Assembly: GCA_964016885.1 (NCBI GenBank)
Contig: OZ024745.1
Coordinates: 88,288,001 to 88,352,000 of the forward strand
Direction: 5' to 3'
Origin: Eledone cirrhosa
Lineage: Eukaryota
DNA length: 64,000 nt
The position numbers and the translations under genes are program-made. Positions 57,030 through 64,000 of this stretch are shown piece by piece. Numbering within the stretch: the first letter of the stretch is position 1; every line of letters starts with the position of its first letter. Below the pieces are notes generated by a model. That model was not told the origin of the DNA, made no database searches, and saw only the letters and a program-made list of their open reading frames with translations.

Positions 57030-57230
57030 GACTGGCCGTATCGGAAGCGTGTCAGACACCATGACTTTGTAGCATAGAATTACGGCGCTTTACGGTCTGA
57101 GTTCAAATCCCGCCGATGTTAGCTGTGTCTTCCATCATTACTGAGTCGATGAAATAAAGTATCAGTAATGCGCTAGGGTAATTGCTGGGGTAATTGTGCC
57201 AAAAGCAGAAAGCATTAGTATCATTATTAT
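57030..57230 (+). mobile_element. Diverged SINE copy
   Basis: TGGCCGTATCGG, GAGTTCAAATCCCGCCG, GTCGATGAAATAAAGTA and an ATT tail. Confidence 0.75.
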
Positions 57231-57243
57231 TGAGAGTCAAATG

Positions 57244-57436
57244 CAGACCTGTCAACTCTCCCCGTCGGACGGGGAGATTTCCCACCCACTTTGGGATGGG
57301 TGAGAGATGTCTTCTCTTTTGAAAATGGGTATAACTTACATTGTGTAAAATTTCCTCATTTTGCCTCATTTTTTCCCTTTTCCGGGCACCTTTTGTCATG
57401 GTACTCCGTCTGGGCTTTTAGAGATTGGCAAGTCTG
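57244..57436. mobile_element. MITE, with a second partial copy at 58780-58956
   Basis: TIRs CAGACCTGTCAACTCT / AGAGATTGGCAAGTCTG. Internal sequence is shared with 58788-58956. Confidence 0.6.
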
Positions 57437-59974
57437 GAGATACGGTGGTAGAGTTAATAACACATCGAAAGAAATAACTTGTTGCATTTAGGCACGTCTC
57501 TTTAACACATTCATAAATCTGTCCAGGGTTCTTTTGTGTTCTCCTCCGTGCTAATAGCATCGCAAACATATCACAAGTATTTAGTTTATTTAGCTATTGT
57601 TTTTTTTATTCATTATTGTATTCCGTATGTTTTCCATTGGTATTAGTTTTGTTCTTAGCATTCATCTGATATCAAAGTTATATATTCCAAGATCACTCCA
57701 CCCAGAAGTCCACAAACCCTTTCTTAATTGCTATATTTTAGCATAATGGGGTTGAGAATCACTGTGTCTTATATAGCATGCCTGTCAATATCAGGGATAT
57801 TACACCACTTGCAAATTTCTTATCAAATGAAGCTCCTATATTTCCTGACTATAGGTTTAATTAGATTCATCACCTTCGGCAAAATGCCTGTGCAGATGAT
57901 TTCATTTTTCAATCATCGCTAACATTTCAAAGTATTGCCAGATTTAATACATCGCCCGGTATAACAGATATATCTGGTCCTTGCATTTCTTTAGCTGAGT
58001 ATATTCTATTGCAGACATTTGTTCCATACTTTCGATCTGAGAGTAACTTCCTCGCTTCCTGCCACCAGTTACAGTCAAAATATGTTGGGTGCAGCCCTTA
58101 CATTTTTGTCTGAGCATTTAAAAATCATAAATAATATACCCTAACTGGATTTTCTCTGTTCCAGAAACACTCTTTAAAGTAATCTTCTAATGGAGACATG
58201 TAAACCTAGTCGCTTTCAATAGCCTACAACACGATTACTATATATATATATAATCATTACAAATGCTAAGTTTCCCAGTGTCTGGTGATTTTCATCTGCT
58301 AGATATCTTAGCTCATTTATTGTAGATATAGTTGTTGCTGCTGTTTTATGTATGCTGATTATGTTGTTTGACGTCGGGTTCAGCTCTAATCTAGTAAACC
58401 TATGATGAAATGCATTTCAGCCGAAGCCATCACGATTTCTTTTTATATGCAAGGACTACATTACGACATTATGCAACGACTTGCTTATTGCATACATTAG
58501 GTTGAGTGGGATTTGAAGGAATCGACTTGCTATTTTTAGAGAGTCAAGCTTCTATACAGATATTTGCTTTGTGGATCTGTTGTATTATATATAGTGTCTT
58601 CATATAGTTTGTGTTATTGCTGATTGTACTGATGTTAATGTTGCTGTTTGTTGATATTCCTATTTTTATGGTTGTAGTTGCTGTTGTTTAATACCGAATC
58701 AGTCCTACTAGGGCAAGCCTTTACTCAAAGCTGATTAATCTGTGGACATTTTTCAGTTTTGTCTTTTTTTCAAATATTGCATACTTGCGGGGAGATCTCC
58801 CACCCACTTTCGGGTGGGTAAGAGGTGTTATCTCTTGTGAAAATGGGTATAGCTTTCATTATGTAAAATATCCCAATTTTGCCTAATTTCTCCCTGTTTT
58901 GGGGCACTTTTTTTCATAGTACTTCCCGTTTGGGTATTTAGAGGTTGGTAGGTCTGCGTTTTAAGAAGGCACTGTGTAATATCAGGGGATTTTGGCTGCT
59001 GTTCCAAACAAGCCAAGTAATCCCGTTGATGCCCTTCGTCATTAGAATTCAAAATAATCTCATATTTATTATCGCTGGTGCAGTTGTTATTGTTGATGTT
59101 GATGTTTCCTTGCTTTATATGAGACGACATATTTTGTTTTTAGTAATAGTGTATCTACGACTGGATTATTCAATTGTTTTCTTTTATATTTAAAATATAT
59201 ATAAACATACAGACAAAATCCATAAGTGCGAAGAAAAGGAGCGGCAGAGCAAGGACTACTAGACAATAGAAGAAAGAAAGGGGGAATAGGAAAGGATGTC
59301 ACATTCTACCCCTAGGTCAGAGTGGTTCTTATTCCCTCCCATTCCGCTTATCAAATTTTGTTAATCTATCTCCGACGAAATGTTATTCTAGGTGGTAACA
59401 TTCCTGCGCAGTTAATTTTATTTATACATTAAAAACATTATACATGGCAAAAAAGTACATTACAAGAAATCCCATACGTTATAAAATAAATAGGATGGGT
59501 TGGGGTCTCAATATGTAAACTAAACGATTAATTCTGGTTTTTGAAAAAATTACCGATTCCCCCACCGCTTATTCAACCGCTCCCCACTCACCCACCAAAA
59601 CAACTATTTATTCCAACTCCACGCTTATTCCAGTCCCCCGCTTAATTCACTACCGCCACCTATTTCCCCCAATTATCCCCCTCCCTATTATTTGGGACCC
59701 GAGAGTAAGTTCAGAGATCAGAAACCCGGAAACTATACCTCAACATATTTTGTCCTATATTATAAGCTACGGAGTGGTTAGAGCCAGAAAAACCTGGGAC
59801 GAGGTGAAAAATACTGACCCCTCTAAGACAATGTCACTGGATCAATATTTTTGGCGCTATGCAGTTATACAGAAGGCCCGCCTTTCCTTGCATACAAACT
59901 TAAACCTCCAGTCACTAGGCACCTCTTAACCCAATATACACCCACCGCACACCCGTACTCATCCTCCCATTTCC

Positions 59975-62900
59975 GTCCACTGTAAAGTGGTCGTGTAGGT
60001 GACACGACAAAAAGCACCCAGTCCACACTGTAAAGTGGTCGTGTAGGTGACACGACAAAAAGTACCCAGTCCACACTGTAAAGTAGTCGTGTAGGAGACA
60101 CAGTAAAAAGGCTCGCAGTCCACACTGTAAAGTGGTCGTGTAGGTGACACAACAAAAAGTACCCAGTCCACACTGTAAAGTGGTCGTGTAGGAGACACGA
60201 TAAAAAGGCTCCCAGTCCACACTGTAAAGTGGTCGTGTAGGAGACACGATAAAAAAGCACCCAGTCCACACTGTAAAGTGGTCGTGTAGGTGACACAACA
60301 AAAAGTACCCAGTCCACACTGTAAAGTGGTCGTGTAGGAGACACGGTAAAAAGGCTCCCAGTCCACACTGTAAAGTGGTGGTGTAGGTGACACGATAAAA
60401 GCACCCAGTCCACACTGTAAAGTGGTCGTGTAGGAGACACGGTAAAAGGCTCCCAGTCCACACTGTAAAGTGGTCGTGTAGGTGACACGCCAAAAAGCAC
60501 CCAGTCCACACTGTAAAGTGGTCGTGTAGGAGACACGGTAAAAAGGCTCCCAGTCCACACTGTAAAGTGGTGGTGTAGGTGACACGACAAAAAGCACCCA
60601 GTCCACACTGTAAAGTAGTAGTGTAGGAGACACGATAAAAAGGCTCCCAGTCCACACTGTAAAGTGGTGGTGTAGGTGACACGACAAAAAGCACCCAGTC
60701 CACACTGTAAAGTGGTCGTGTAGGAGACACGGTAAAAAGGCTCCCAGTCCACACTGTAAAGTGGTGGTGTAGGTGACACGAAAAAAAGCACCCAGTCCAC
60801 ACTGTAAAGTGGTCGTGTAGGTGACACGCCAAAAAGCACCCAGTCCACACTGTAAAGTGGTCGTGTAGGAGACACGGTAAAAAGGCTCCCTGTCCACACT
60901 GTAAAGTGGTGGTGTAGGTGACACGACAAAAAGCACCCAGTCCACACTGTAAAGTGGTCGTGTAGGAGACACGATAAAAAGGCTCCCAGTCCACACTGTA
61001 AAGTGGTGGTGTAGGTGACACGACAAAAAGCACCCAGTCCACACTGTAAAGTGGTCGTGTAGGAGACACCGTAAAAAGGCTCCCAGTCCACACTTTAAAG
61101 TGGTCGTGTAGGAGACACGGTAAAAAGGCTCCCAGTCCACACTGTAAAGTGGTCGTGTAGGTGACACGACAAAAGGCACCCAGTCCACACTGTAAAGTGG
61201 TCGTGTAGGAGACACGGTAAAAAGGCTCCCAGTCCACACTGTAAAGTGGTGGTGTAGGTGACACGACAAAAGGCACCCAGTCCACACTGTAAAGTAGTCG
61301 TGTAGGAGACACGATAAAAAGGCTCCCAGTCCACACTGTAAAGTGGTGGTGTAGGTGACACGACAAAAAGCACCCAGTCCACACTGTAAAGTGGTCGTGT
61401 AGGTGACACGACAAAAAGTACCCAGTCCACACTGTAAAGTAGTCGTGTAGGAGACACAGTAAAAAGGCTCGCAGTCCACACTGTAAAGTGGTCGTGTAGG
61501 TGACACAACAAAAAGTACCCAGTCCACACTGTAAAGTGGTCGTGTAGGAGACACGATAAAAAGGCTCCCAGTCCACACTGTAAAGTGGTCGTGTAGGAGA
61601 CACGATAAAAAAGCACCCAGTCCACACTGTAAAGTGGTCGTGTAGGTGACACAACAAAAAGTACCCAGTCCACACTGTAAAGTGGTCGTGTAGGAGACAC
61701 GGTAAAAAGGCTCCCAGTCCACACTGTAAAGTGGTGGTGTAGGTGACACGATAAAAGCACCCAGTCCACACTGTAAAGTGGTCGTGTAGGAGACACGGTA
61801 AAAGGCTCCCAGTCCACACTGTAAAGTGGTCGTGTAGGTGACACGCCAAAAAGCACCCAGTCCACACTGTAAAGTGGTCGTGTAGGAGACACGGTAAAAA
61901 GGCTCCCAGTCCACACTGTAAAGTGGTGGTGTAGGTGACACGACAAAAAGCACCCAGTCCACACTGTAAAGTAGTAGTGTAGGAGACACGATAAAAAGGC
62001 TCCCAGTCCACACTGTAAAGTGGTGGTGTAGGTGACACGACAAAAAGCACCCAGTCCACACTGTAAAGTGGTCGTGTAGGAGACACGGTAAAAAGGCTCC
62101 CAGTCCACACTGTAAAGTGGTGGTGTAGGTGACACGACAAAAAGCACCCAGTCCACACTGTAAAGTGGTCGTGTAGGTGACACGCCAAAAAGCACCCAGT
62201 CCACACTGTAAAGTGGTCGTGTAGGAGACACGGTAAAAAGGCTCCCTGTCCACACTGTAAAGTGGTGGTGTAGGTGACACGACAAAAAGCACCCAGTCCA
62301 CACTGTAAAGTGGTCGTGTAGGAGACACGATAAAAAGGCTCCCAGTCCACACTGTAAAGTGGTGGTGTAGGTGACACGATAAAAAAGCACCCAGTCCACA
62401 CTGTAAAGTGGTCGTGTAGGTGACACAACAAAAAGTACCCAGTCCTACACTGTAAAGTGGTCGTGTAGGAGACACGGTAAAAAGGCTCCCAGTCCACACT
62501 GTAAAGTGGTGGTGTAGGTGACACGATAAAAGCACCCAGTCCACACTGTAAAGTGGTCGTGTAGGAGACACGGTAAAAAGGCTCCCAGTCCACACTGTAA
62601 AGTGGTGGTGTAGGTGACACGACAAAAAGCACCCAGTCCACACTGTAAAGTAGTAGTGTAGGAGACACGATAAAAAGGCTCCCAGTCCACACTGTAAAGT
62701 GGTGGTGTAGGTGACACGACAAAAAGCACCCAGTCCACACTGTAGGTGACACGACAAAAAGCACCCAGTCCACACTGTAGGTCGTGTAGGAGACACGGTA
62801 AAAAGGCTCCCAGTCCACACTGTAAAGTGGTGGTGTAGGTGACACGAAAAAAAGCACCCAGTCTACACTGTAAAGTGGTCGTGTAGGTGACACGCCAAAA

Positions 62901-64000
62901 AGCACCCAGTCCACACTGTAAAGTGGTCGTGTAGGAGACACGGTAAAAAGGCTCCCTGTCCACACTGTAAAGTGGTGGTGTAGGTGACACGACAAAAAGC
63001 ACCCAGTCCACACTGTAAAGTGGTCGTGTAGGAGACACGATAAAAAGGCTCCCAGTCCACACTGTAAAGTGGTGGTGTAGGTGACACGACAAAAAGCACC
63101 CAGTCCACACTGTAAAGTGGTCGTGTAGGAGACACCGTAAAAAGGCTCCCAGTCCACACTTTAAAGTGGTCGTGTAGGAGACACGGTAAAAAGGCTCCCA
63201 GTCCACACTGTAAAGTGGTCGTGTAGGTGACACGACAAAAGGCACCCAGTCCACACTGTAAAGTGGTCGTGTAGGAGACACGGTAAAAAGGCTCCCAGTC
63301 CACACTGTAAAGTGGTGGTGTAGGTGACACGACAAAAGGCACCCAGTCCACACTGTAAAGTAGTCGTGTAGGAGACACGATAAAAAGGCTCCCAGTCCAC
63401 ACTGTAAAGTGGTGGTGTAGGTGACACGACAAAAAGCACCCAGTCCACACTGTAAAGTGGTCGTGTAGGTGACACGACAAAAAGTACCCAGTCCACACTG
63501 TAAAGTAGTCGTGTAGGAGACACAGTAAAAAGGCTCGCAGTCCACACTGTAAAGTGGTCGTGTAGGTGACACAACAAAAAGTACCCAGTCCACACTGTAA
63601 AGTGGTCGTGTAGGAGACACGATAAAAAGGCTCCCAGTCCACACTGTAAAGTGGTCGTGTAGGAGACACGATAAAAAAGCACCCAGTCCACACTGTAAAG
63701 TGGTCGTGTAGGTGACACAACAAAAAGTACCCAGTCCACACTGTAAAGTGGTCGTGTAGGAGACGCGGTGAAAAGGCTCCCAGTCGACACTGTAAAGTGG
63801 TGGTGTAGGTGACACGATAAAAGCACCCAGTCCACACTGTAAAGTGGTCGTGTAGGAGACACGGTAAAAGGCTCCCAGTCCACACTGTAAAGTGGTCGTG
63901 TAGGTGACACGCCAAAAAGCACCCAGTCCACACTGTAAAGTGGTCGTGTAGGAGACACGGTAAAAAGGCTCCCAGTCCACACTGTAAAGTGGTGGTGTAG
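59975..64000. repeat. 48/49-bp tandem satellite with higher-order repeats (continues past the window)
   Basis: Unit CCAGTCCACACTGTAAAGTGGTCGTGTAGG(T/A)GACACG..AAAAA(GCAC/GGCTC), about 80 copies. Confidence 0.97.

Noticed and set aside
46930-59300. Host gene exons in the AT-rich, unique-looking stretches
   Set aside because: The short ORFs show no recognisable domain. Small exons cannot be excluded without transcript data.
59330-59707. TIR transposon ending ..TTATTTGGGACCCGAGAGTA
   Set aside because: Only one plausible terminus is visible, with no matching left TIR.
59865-63982. Very long ORFs (up to 1080 aa) in three minus-strand frames
   Set aside because: They are translations of the 48/49-bp satellite, whose minus strand happens to lack stops. 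The frames interconvert at each indel.
59975-64000. CRISPR-like array of palindromic repeats
   Set aside because: No unique spacers, no cas genes and a eukaryotic context.

Overview
AT-rich eukaryotic genomic DNA made up almost entirely of transposons and repeats. The SINE and microsatellite content suggests an octopod cephalopod (inference). No host gene is recognisable. Contents: (1) two degraded Tx1-clade LINEs in tandem on the minus strand (1-9950), preceded by a tRNA-derived SINE; (2) at least seven Penelope-like element (PLE) remnants, many with inverted pseudo-LTRs and flanked by (TA)n; (3) about a dozen minimal type-I hammerhead ribozyme motifs from several families that differ outside the core, including one in a ~425-bp tandem retrozyme-like unit at 48.0-49.1 kb; (4) four head-to-tail R4/Dong-clade restriction-like-endonuclease (RLE) retrotransposons separated by (AAT)n (34.5-43.6 kb), the first intact except for one frameshift; (5) non-autonomous Helitrons, MITEs and more SINE copies; (6) a 48/49-bp hairpin satellite with higher-order structure from 59.98 kb to the window end. 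All calls come from motifs and alignments read by eye. No database search was run.
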